Assembly (NCBI RefSeq): GCF_006345805.1
Contig: NC_042998.1
Coordinates: 152,396,001 to 152,460,000, forward strand
Direction of reading: 5' to 3'
DNA: 64,000 nucleotides
Origin: Octopus sinensis
Taxonomy: Eukaryota
The position numbers and the translations under genes were made by a program. This document shows, piece by piece, positions 53,534 through 64,000 of this stretch; position 1 is the first letter of the stretch; each line of letters starts with the position of its first letter. The notes beneath the pieces were generated by a model. It ran no database searches, had not been told where the DNA came from, and saw only the letters and a program-made list of their open reading frames with translations.

Positions 53534-54271
53534 ATGAACTTTAAAAACTTCCTACTAGAACAAATATACCCCCTTAAACTAACAAAAAATGAAATCTCAA
53601 GAGCAATGAAACTGTACATCACACAACTCAGAACCCCCAAAACGAAAAACAAAGAAAACATTATCCCTTTCATAAACACACACAACCCTGGAGTTACCAA
53701 CATGTTTCAAATCATACATTCAAACCTACCAATAGTCCTACAAAGCCCCAAAATGGAAAACATACTAAACAAATATTGCATAAAAAACAGTAGACGACAA
53801 GACAAAAACCTGAAGAAACAACTAACAAGAGCGAAATTCTCATCAGAAACAAAAACTGAATTCTTTGTAAAAGAGTGCGGAGATGGTAGATGTGGGATCT
53901 GCAGTAACCCCACATACAAATACATAGAGGGAGACAAAGAAATGAAATTTAAAAGTGGTCACATATTCAAAGTAAATGCAGATATGAACTGCAAGACGCA
54001 GAACGTAATATACTGCATAACCTGCCCCACATGCAAGGAGGATTATATAGGTGAAACTGGAAACTCTTTATGCCAACGAGCCAGAATTCACCAACAACGT
54101 TACCGACAGGAGGAACTGCGCAAGATCCCACTGAGTAAACACCTAGATACATGTGGAGAAGGAAAATTTAAGATCTTTCCCTTCTACAAATGTCCAAAGA
54201 ATGACACCTTCTTCAGGAGGAATATGGAAAAATACTTCATAACAAAGTTCTCCCCTAAATTGAATGGCTGA
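53534..54271 (+). CDS. Penelope-like element 3' fragment: RT thumb/linker plus intact GIY-YIG endonuclease (245 aa)
   Basis: IPFINTHNP, CGDGRCGIC zinc motif, NVIYCITCPTCKEDYIGETG..RARIHQQ, IFPFYKC..RRNMEKYFITKFSPKLN. Confidence 0.92.
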   Translation: MNFKNFLLEQIYPLKLTKNEISRAMKLYITQLRTPKTKNKENIIPFINTHNPGVTNMFQIIHSNLPIVLQSPKMENILNKYCIKNSRRQDKNLKKQLTRAKFSSETKTEFFVKECGDGRCGICSNPTYKYIEGDKEMKFKSGHIFKVNADMNCKTQNVIYCITCPTCKEDYIGETGNSLCQRARIHQQRYRQEELRKIPLSKHLDTCGEGKFKIFPFYKCPKNDTFFRRNMEKYFITKFSPKLNG

Positions 54272-54489
54272 AAATATTTCTATAAGTTGTACTAGATGAA
54301 GGACCAAATTTGTAAAGTAAATTGTATTAAACACACATACACACACACAGTACTACACATATGTACATATACATAAAAAAAACAATCTTTAATCCAGATT
54401 CTCCATCCCAAGTCAGCACAGGAATCAGACATTGGATTGTAAGAATTGCACAATGGTGTAAGTATCAACACAATTATTTCTTCTTCCCC

Positions 54490-55470
54490 TCTTTCTTCTT
54501 TCTTCCCTTCCCCGGCGACATCCCTTCCAGATATACAAGCACCCACACACGCACGCACGCACATACACACACACACATACACATACACACTCTCGCAAAA
54601 CAATGATAAAAAGAAATCCAGACAATTTTTTGAGAAGTGACATTTTACCCCCCTTGAAGTGGCCAGCTGAGTTTGCCAATTTCTAAAAGCCAAAAATCAT
54701 TTACTATTGAAAGACTGACCAGCTGCAAAGATATCAACAAATTCTTTCTTCTTTCTCTCTTTCTTCTTCTTTTCTTTCTCCTTTCTGTTAACACCTCTTT
54801 CAGATACAAACTGACCAGTTGCAAAACTATAAACTCATTTTTCCCCTTTCTCTCCTCCTCCTTCCTCTCATTACCCTTTCCCATTTAACACTTCTTTCAG
54901 ATACACAGACACCCGCACACACACACACACGCACATACACACACACTCTCTCACAAGACAATGATAAAAGGGAATCCAGACAATTTTTTGAAAAGTGACA
55001 TTTTGCCCCCCTCCCCCTTGGAGTGACCAGCTGGATTTACCATTGCTAAAAGCCAAGAATTGATTGTTATTGACAAACTGACCAGCTGCAAAGATATCAA
55101 CAATTTTTTTCTTCTTTCTCTCCTTCTTCATTTCCTTCTCTCTTTTTCTCTAACACTTCCTTCGGATACAAAAAAACACACACACACACATACACACGCA
55201 CATATACACACACACTCTCTCACAAGACAATGATAAAAAGGAAATACAGACAATTTTTGGAAAAGTGATATTTTGGCCCCTTGGAGTAAATAGCTGGATT
55301 TGCCATAACTAAAAGCCAAGAATCGATTATTATTGACAACCTGACCAGCTGCAAAGAGATCAACAAAATTTTTTTCTTCTTTCTCTCCCTTTTCTTCCTT
55401 TCCTTCTTTTTCTTTAACATCCACACACACGCACACATACACGCGCTCGCGCGCACACACACACACACAC
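54490..55470. repeat. Three-copy diverged minisatellite (periods about 358 and 269 bp)
   Basis: caatgataaaa..acagacaatttt..ctgaccagctgcaaaga.atcaacaa anchors at 54601, 54959 and 55228. Confidence 0.92.
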
Positions 55471-55559
55471 ACACATGCTCTCTCTCGTTGTTTGCGTATT
55501 TAAGTAAATAAGTATTGTGTCTTACCTCTGAAAAATTGCAAGAAGGAATGCCAGTTAAG

Positions 55560-55616
55560 CTGGTATCATGATTTCGAATTTAGTGCCAAAAGCACTCGAT
55601 TCTCTTAAGTCAAATC
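55560..55616 (-). ncRNA. Hammerhead, decayed 5' core
   Basis: Minus strand: CTTAAGA-gaatcgagtgcttttggcactaaattc-GAAA-tcatga-TA-ccag. Confidence 0.55.
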
Positions 55617-55983
55617 TACAAGTAACAATACGGGTAATTCACTTACAACAAATACATGTGTTCTTTTCAGAGCCACAGCCGCATTGAAAAGACGAACTAA
55701 GTGAATTAATTTATAAATATATAAAGAACATTATTGCTCGTAAGATATAATAATATTAGTGGCTGCGAGCATAAAACCGTATAGGCAACATTAATAGATA
55801 TATATGAAAATATATATAAATCAGGACAGTAAGAAGCACCAGCTTAGTTACAAAAGGAATCATAGACACTCCAAAGCCACAAAAATTAACACTAAATTTT
55901 TACAGGCATGGTTGAAAAAACTAGGTGAATAACGAATACAGGCATCAGCTGTAATTGAATTACTGGTATTGTTATGAGTAGAT

Positions 55984-56037
55984 CTGGCTGAAGGGAACCG
56001 AGTGCTTTTGGCGCTAAATTCGAAATCGTGATACCAG
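55984..56037 (+). ncRNA. Hammerhead with A9G change; inverted partner of 55560
   Basis: ctgg-CTGAAGG-gaa..agtgcttttggcgct..ttc-GAAA-tcgtga-TA-ccag. Confidence 0.68.
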
Positions 56038-56580
56038 GTTAACTGGCGTTCCTCCTTGCAATTTTACAGAAGACACAATCCTTATTCACTTAATTTTTTT
56101 TTTCAACCGTGCCTGTAAAAATTTAATGTTAATTTCTGTGACTTGGGAATTTCTGTGACTTTTATTTTTAGCAATCCTTATTCACTTAGTATTTTTTCAA
56201 CCATGCCTGTAAACATTTAGTGTTAATTCTTGTGGCTTCCGGCAAGTTTAGAAGCATGTTGAATAGTGAACGAAAAAGCATAACTTCTTTCTTACTATTT
56301 TGAAAAACATTTGAGTACGTTGAATCACGAATTACTGTAGATGAATAATGGTAAATATATTTTAAAGTTATACATTTTTTTCCCAAAAATATGGCAATAT
56401 ACTGCTGGAGATTGTGATATAACAAAATTAAAGTAATTTTTTTTAATTGATTTATTTAAAGTGTCTATTAAACATGAAACTAGTTTAGTATTAACCACTA
56501 ATTTAAAAATAAACATTATCCATCTTGCCCGCCCTTACGATCAAGGCAAATTGTTGATGTTTTATTTAAACAGTCATTAT

Positions 56581-56640
<60 letters not shown>

Positions 56641-56666
56641 TGTGTGTATATGCATGTACACACACT

Positions 56667-56727
<61 letters not shown>

Positions 56728-56755
56728 GAGAAAGAAGCAACAAGAATGGATTAGT

Positions 56756-56846
56756 TTTTAGTACAATTGTTTCATACAAAGACAGACTTTATTACAAGTT
56801 GCAAAAATTGCAGCAGATAAAAGTGTCCCGTACTCATCAGCTAAAA
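56756..56846 (-). ncRNA. Type I hammerhead ribozyme, canonical core
   Basis: Minus strand: ttttag-CTGATGA-gtacgggaca...tgtctttgtat-GAAA-caattg-TA-ctaaaa. Confidence 0.9.
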
Positions 56847-57154
56847 TACATTTGAGTTCTCTAGACATCTTAGTGGGTGAGATTATACTCATGAAATATT
56901 GGAGATAGTTCCATTAGAGGCAGATATAGGTTGTAAACAGTTTTCCAAAGTTCCTTAATGATGATGCACAGTCTTATCACAGATTTTTAAAAACTTATTA
57001 GTTTCGAATCCATTCTTGTTGCTTCTTTCTCGTTTATAATCACCCCACATTACTGTATGGATAACACCATATAGTTTTTCTGGTGCATCTAAGTTAAGTA
57101 CCACATTCAAGTAAATTCATTGGAATTTACTTGAATCTTAATTGCTTTGATTGT

Positions 57155-57208
<54 letters not shown>

Positions 57209-57984
57209 ACACACTCACATGTATATACATGTATGTATATACGTATGTATAAATGCATATGTGTCTATATATGCATACATATGTGTACACAATATATAAT
57301 CATAAATATTCATAAGCACATATACATACGAATATATATTCGTATATATTCAAAAATACACACATGCACACATACGTACTTATATAGCTGAACACATTTC
57401 TTGGACCAGCAGGGCTGACACGTTAAGTGGAGTTGGCACCAATCTTAATTATGAGAATTTCACGCCATTTGTCTCTAGCAATAATGATTGACGACAGAGC
57501 TCTGCTGTCAGGGTAGATAACTCTGTCGTAGATAATGACAGCAGCGCCCTTGTTTAGATAAAAGGAAGAGATGGCTAGGGATGAATTATCTACATGTCTG
57601 TGTGAGCATCTATCTCTGACTGGCAGTGTGCTTCCATATAGAGTGCATGTGTGTGTGTGGGTGTATGTGTGTGTGCGTGTCTCTGTGTGTGTGTGTGTAC
57701 GTGTGTGCGTGTGTGTGCGTGTGTATGTGTGCGTGTGTGTGCGCGCGGGAGTGTTTGTGTGAATGCAAGTGGGACAAATAAAATGTCAGTCGGTGTGAAT
57801 TTGCAAAAGGGAGTTACGAATGTCTGCATACAAGTGTGAAATGATCATTGTGTTTGAGAGAGGGAGGGGGGAGAGGGAGCATCTGAGAGTCAGAGTTATA
57901 CCCTCTCCCTTAAACAGATGCGTGTGTCTCTAGGGGTATGCTTGTGTGTGTATGTATATACATATATGTGTGTTTGTGTGTGTG

Positions 57985-58282
57985 TGTGGTTGTGTTGTAA
58001 GAAGCTTGCTTCCACACCATATGGTTCCGGGTTCAGTTTTCTATTATAGCCTCGGGCCGACCAAAGCCTTGTGAGCGGATTTGGTAGACGGAAACTGGAA
58101 GAAGCCCATCGTATATATATACATATATATGTGGGGGGTGTATGTACATATATGTGTGTGTGTGTTTAACAGCCGATGTTGGTGTGTTTATGTCATTGAA
58201 ACTTAGTTGTTCGGCAAGAGAATAAGTACCAGCCTTACAAAGAATAAGTTCTGGGGTCGATTTCTTTGACTAACACCCTTTA

Positions 58283-58285
<3 letters not shown>
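57985..58285 (+). mobile_element. SINE family A with deletions
   Basis: ggttccgggttca..tagcctcgggccgaccaaagccttgtgagcggatttggtagacggaaactg. Confidence 0.92.
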
Positions 58286-58322
<37 letters not shown>

Positions 58323-58538
58323 AAGAGAACCGAGCTCGCTCTCTCCCTCTCTCTCTCTCTTTCATCCTCCTTCACTTCTATCTACTGCTCCACACGTGAC
58401 CCGTGACTAATTTTCTCATCTCTGTCTTTTCGCCAAAGGGCACCTAGCGTGCCGATCTTCTCTCTTGCTAATTTTCTTTTTTTATATCCATTTGAAGACT
58501 TCATCATTCTCTTATTTGGCCGAAATGTTTTATTTATT

Positions 58539-59001
58539 ATAAATCTCTGAACAAGGTATAGACAGTAACTGCACGACAATGTGAAGTATATTGGCCATCT
58601 AAATATGGCTAACCGCTAAGGGTGGATGTTACTGTAGCTTGTAGCTCCAGAACATCTTCTCCAGCTGACTATAGACACACTTTCTGTGCCCTATCGGTAT
58701 TTGCAAAGGGAGGTCATCCTTCCCTCGTCAACCTAAGTGATACGCACGGACTACAGTTTCTGGGTATTGACCCGTCATCAGCGCACGACAATCACCGGTT
58801 TTCGATGGAAGGGTCCCAATGCAAATACATATATCCTTTTTTCAGTGACTTTTCGTCACTTATCTGGAAAAAAGTGTAAACAAAGAATAATAAATCTCTG
58901 AACGAGGTATAGACAATAACTGCACGACAATGTGAAGTATATTTGCCATCTAAATATGGCTAACCACTAAGGGTGGATGTTACTGTAGCTAGTAGCCCCA
59001 G
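58539..59001 (-). mobile_element. Retrozyme-like unit: 351-bp monomer plus 112-bp terminal redundancy
   Basis: 58539-58650 repeats at 58890-59001 with 6 mismatches by eye; one HHR lies in the unique part; no coding similarity seen. Confidence 0.72.
58744..58786 (-). ncRNA. Compact 43-nt type I hammerhead, GUC site
   Basis: Minus strand: gtgcg-CTGATGA-cgggt-caat-accca-GAAA-ctgtag-TC-cgtgc. Confidence 0.85.
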
Positions 59002-59927
59002 TATGAGAAGCGGTTATGTTCAGATCACAACTAAGTTTATATATATGGGCAACACACACACACACACACACAAACATATACGTACATATACCTAATGCAT
59101 ATACGTTTTTGCACGCCTTTGCCCCTGCCACTGTCCCACCACCACCTCTTACCCGAGTAATACCATCAATTGAAGCAAATTTGGCACCCGGAAGTAAGTT
59201 TTGTAACAGGAATAGAGTAGCCTACCTTCTCCCGCAGAGATGTGAAAGTCATATCTTTCCTTTCGAAAACATGAACAGTTTCGAAACATTGTTTACAAAA
59301 TAATAGCTGATCGTTTGCGAAGGAACGTGTCTACAGTCAACACGTAGGTCTTTTGCTCTGGTAACCTCTGCTCTCTCCCATGTTCACGCACGACTAGCTA
59401 TATATCGGATTCAGTTAATTTGGAAATTAGTTGTGGAGAAACGAAGAATATCATTTATGTTGCCCGTATATATAAACGCGCAACACACACACACACACAT
59501 TGCATACATGTGTCTTTTACGCATACATGCTCGTGTGTGTGTATGTGTGACTGAAGCCATTCACACATACATACATAACAACACCTGTCTGTCTGTTATT
59601 GCCAGTAAAAAGACGAAATTTGAAAAATCTGCTCTTCATCTCTCTCTCCCTCTCTCTCCCTCCCTCTCCCCCTCTCTTTACACCGTCGCTAGGTGGGGAC
59701 TTAACTCATGCTTGCTTTGTAAACAATGGTAGGTTTCATCGCCGTAAAAATTTAGAAGTTATGGCTCAAAATTATTTACCGCTATTTGCGGATGCTTCGG
59801 GGGAAAATAATTTGACGAAAATACAGCTAGGATCATGACGAAAGTCCTCCTAAAATTTGAGCGACATGCGTGCTTATTTGTGGATGTGCATAAACTACAA
59901 TCACATACACACACACACATCTTGCCT

Positions 59928-59976
<49 letters not shown>

Positions 59977-60214
59977 GTATGTATGTATGTATGTATTTAC
60001 ATACACACACACACACACATATATATATATTTATATGAATTGCAGTGGATTGCCTATGTTCAGTCCACTGCAAGACGAAGGCCTCAACATTGTTCTTTCC
60101 ACCAACCAGAGTCTGATGCGGAGGCCGTGAACTTGAGCCTGGGTTCATACTGGTTTGATGAGCCTACTCTGCCACATTGACTCGACATAGCTGGGCAGAG
60201 GAGTGCAGTTTTTA

Positions 60215-60385
60215 AGCTCTTATTGGGGACTGGCTAAGTCTATAACATCGACCCCAGTATTCAACTGGTATTTATTTTATCGACCCGGAAAGGATGAAAA
60301 GCTAAGTCGGCCTCGGCGGAATTCGAACTCAGAACGTGAGAACAGACGGAATACTGCTAAGCATTTCGCACGGTGTCGTAACGAT
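60215..60385 (-). mobile_element. SINE family B
   Basis: ttttatcgacccggaaaggatgaaaag..cggcggaattcgaactcagaacg. Confidence 0.9.
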
Positions 60386-60399
60386 ATATCATTTAATAC

Positions 60400-60900
60400 A
60401 CACATTTACAAAAGAGTTACTAATAGTTTCATGCTTTACGGTACATTGAATTGGCAGATTTATCTAACATGCCATGTACCTCCAGGCAATCTTTCAGGTT
60501 TAATACATAAGGTTAAATGTATTTAAAACCAGGACGCTGGATTATGAGAAAACGTGAGAAGAGAACAACTGAGAGAGAAAAAACGCGAAGAAAGTTGAGG
60601 CAAAATTGGAACGAGAGGATAGAAAATTTTTTAAAAACCCAAGATCTGCGTCCTCTTTGACTGAAGAAAACCATAATGTAGCTGATGTAGAATAATATAC
60701 TATATATATGATTCACATACAATCAAATGGAGAATTGTGGAGAAATATACGCCATCTATAAGTGGATAAAAGATGTGCAAGTTGTGCATATCTGAAAGAT
60801 TGCACATTCTTTTTATGTCCATGAATTCTACCACACTACTTAATCCGAGATCCGAAACTTTTAACCAATGCAAGCACGTGTACAGGTTTTTTATCGAACT
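60400..60900 (+). mobile_element. Penelope-like GIY-YIG C-terminal remnant
   Basis: IKWRIVEKYTPSISG*KMCKLCISERLHIL..LLNPRSETFNQCKH at about 60715-60880. Confidence 0.8.
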
Positions 60901-61325
60901 GGAAGAAATCATCCGCACCGGCTGAGTAGCTATCTCAAACTTTGGTCTCCTTTCTGCTATATTACTCTGCACAGGCAGAATTATGATTTCTATAGTAAAA
61001 AGGGACGAAGATCTTAGTTTTCTTACTTTTTAAAATTTAACTTCTCACTTTTTGCATCAACATTGTTCGCGTTTTTTCACCTTCTTGATTATTTTTTACT
61101 CCTCGTTTTGTCTCATGTTTTTTTATAGCCCAGTGGATTGGTTTTTAAATACATCTATCGGTATGCACTGAGCTTAAAAAAATTATTTGAGATGCATAGT
61201 ATGTTATATAAATCTACCAATTTAATATATCATAAAGCGTAAAACTATTGGTAGCTCTTTTGTAATTGTGTACATTAAATGATATTTATTATTTACTCTC
61301 ATTGGAAGGAGTACTTTTTGTGGAT

Positions 61326-61358
<33 letters not shown>

Positions 61359-61839
61359 CATCAATTTACGATTCTTTCATTTGAATTCTATCTTATGATT
61401 ATTACTATATTATTCAATATTAAATGCAACTACTTATTCATGGGGTATCATTGCAATGTATAGAAATTCGATTCTACAGAATGATGGATAAAAGTTATTA
61501 GCAAATGACTTTTATGAACAATTCTGAAGAGTCAAACTTGGTACGTGTCTTCACAATGACACCTCATGAATCAATAATTGCATATATTATTGCATAATAT
61601 AGTAATATTCATGAGAACGAATTTAGATGAAACAATTATAAATTGATGGATAAAAGAGCTTTCTCATTCCATTCTCCTTGTTACAAAAGAGCTTTCTCAT
61701 TCAATTCTCCTTACTATAAAACCTCTGCGGGTATTTGTGGATTTTCAAGAGCTTAATAAAACAGTCTCCGAATTTCTGTCTGTCTGACAACCTGGACCCG
61801 TGGCTGAGTTTAATATAAATAATGAGGATGTGTATATGT

Positions 61840-61869
61840 ATATATATATGTATATAATGCAGGTGTGTA

Positions 61870-61965
<96 letters not shown>

Positions 61966-62259
61966 TGCCTGTGTATATGTGTGTGCACTTATTTTATCTC
62001 CCATGGTCTGTATACATATATGTCCCCAAATCTCGTACAGTCTCGTATAACTTTGTGTATTCTCATCCAAGATGGAGACGAGTATCAACGTTCCTTTCTG
62101 GCAGGCTTGATAATTGTTGAGAGATTTCTCTCTACGTGCAATCATTGCTAGCCTTGTTAACCCACAAATAAAATATAAGTGTATCTGTGCGCGTGCGTAT
62201 GTGTGTGTGTACGCGTGTATGAACGTATTCATGTGTGTGTGTGTGTGTGTGTGTGTGCG

Positions 62260-62323
<64 letters not shown>

Positions 62324-62377
62324 TATATATATGCAAATATATATATATATATATATATGCAAATATATATATATATG

Positions 62378-62419
<42 letters not shown>

Positions 62420-62500
62420 AATATATATATATATATATACATATGCATATATACATACATATATGTACATACCTACATATATATGTATATATACATGCAT
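61840..62500. repeat. Compound (AT)n/(GT)n microsatellite block
   Basis: Direct reading; explains the ORFs at 61701-62839. Confidence 0.95.
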
Positions 62501-63659
62501 ATATGGGTACAGGACATCACAAAAAAAACGTAGACAAAATGAAAATCGAGAACATAAAAAACAAAAACATAGAAAACGAACTTTTTTTCGAACAACGAAA
62601 GAAACAAACAGAGAAACGAGACAGGCAACATAAAGAACGTTCCATTCATCAGTTGTCCCCTGTTTTATCCACACTGCGTTACGAAGGTAGGGACAAGACG
62701 CGACTTCGTTAAAACAATCTTTCCCACAAAGCAAATTAAATAAAATTTGGGATTTTTCGCGGAGGGTGAAAGTGGTAACAAAAACAGGACAGTGATATAT
62801 ATATATCACACTAGCACCCAATATCTCCACCACCCTCATTCCATCTCACCTCCCTCTGTTCCACCTCACCTCAACCCTATTCCACATCACACCTCTATGC
62901 ATTCCCTCACAACACCCAGTATTCACTCCAAAAAAGCACAAAACGCCTCAACACACACGCAACACGCATAAACACATACAGCTTTCGCACACAAGCATAC
63001 ACGATACACATGCAGACTATAGGGTCACAGACGTACATACACATACACATGTGCATACATCACCCGAACAAGCAGACGTCAACTTTTAAACACAGGCGTT
63101 TGCTCACGCACACACACACACACGACAGCCTCACACATATATACGCGTCCGTATGTACACATACACACAAATACACAAAACACACATCACTACACACAAC
63201 GCACACACTAGGTTACTTGTACACATACACACACAGGCGCATGCGTTTGCAAACACGCATGATAACTCCATATATATGTACACACCTCCATATGCACACA
63301 CATACACACCAGTACATTAAACGAGATTAATTTTAAGCTCGCCCGCACATACTCAAGCATTCTCCCCCATTCACATTTACACACACCATTCTCACATACA
63401 CACACGCGCTTGTGCACCTTAGTTGGTTCAAGGTCACTGTTATTATCTTACTTTCATTCGCCTTTTTTCTTCCGGTCATTTCATCATGTTGAACCGTTAA
63501 TTCCCTACACATTTTTCTCTCAGAATTCTTTTTTCGTCTTAATCCATTCTGTCGAATATTGGAGACCCGAAACATCAAATACTTTTCCATTCTTCCCGAG
63601 CGTCAAACTAATATACCTGCTTGTTGTTCCTTCACCTGTCTTCGTCTTTTGTTTTCTGT

Positions 63660-64000
63660 ATTGCCAAATGGAGCATCTTCGTTTTGCAGTGCTGTTCGTC
63701 GATTTTTGCAATGAGTGAAACGAAGGAACAGCGTGGTGGGGAAAACGGCGCTCGAAACAGTTTTCATGCTTCGAGTAGCTTACAAGAACGCGACCATGAG
63801 CAAAACACAAATTTACGAGTGGTTTTCATGCTCTAGGAATGGTCACTTGTCGCTTGAAGACCAACCTCTTTCAGGAGCTCCTGCCAACGAATTTTGAGCG
63901 AGGAATTGCGAATAAAAAGAGTTGCAACAACATTTGTACTTCGCTTGCTCACGGAAGATCAAAAGCGGTCACGACTAAATGCGTGTCGTGAACTGAAAGA
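63660..64000 (+). mobile_element. Mariner fragment running off the window
   Basis: MLRVAYKNATMSKTQIYEWF..SLEDQPLSG, then FVLRLLTEDQKRSRLNACREL. Confidence 0.85.

Noticed and set aside
54280-54325. ctagatgaaggaccaaa after the GIY-YIG ORF as the expected HHR
   Set aside because: Core and GAAA are disrupted, so it cannot be folded.
60035-60200. 10-bp hairpin ttgcagtgga/tccactgcaa, resembling an RTE-type 3' tail
   Set aside because: Too short to assign without a database.
61524-61570. CTGAAGA-gtca...tgac
   Set aside because: No GAAA follows stem II.
62640-62660. Minus-strand CTGATGA
   Set aside because: No downstream stem II or GAAA.

Overview
AT-rich eukaryotic, repeat-saturated DNA with dense (AT)n/(AC)n/(ATAC)n microsatellites and three tRNA-derived SINE families. 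The repeat content suggests a coleoid cephalopod, probably Octopus (inference). I cannot support any host protein-coding gene; almost all listed ORFs are microsatellite read-throughs or transposon debris. Recognisable elements: several Penelope-like retroelements (PLEs, RT plus GIY-YIG), three full-length-sized decayed mariners (one nested in a maT/DD37D-like element), Tc1 and Chapaev3-like remnants, a Gypsy LTR with an internally deleted body, and RTE, R4/Dong-like and HERO-like LINE fragments. The hidden signal is RNA-level. I found by eye about 17 type-I minimal hammerhead ribozyme (HHR) motifs, 9 with a canonical CUGANGA/GAAA/UH core and the rest variant or decayed. Nearly all have a self-complementary helix III, and most sit in short non-coding modules next to (AT)n tracts as fold-backs or partial tandems. 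Two are retrozyme-like units with terminal redundancy (351-bp and 565-bp periods), and one multi-copy family carries a U3-A8 variant core. All coordinates, alignments and folds were read manually and need computational confirmation.
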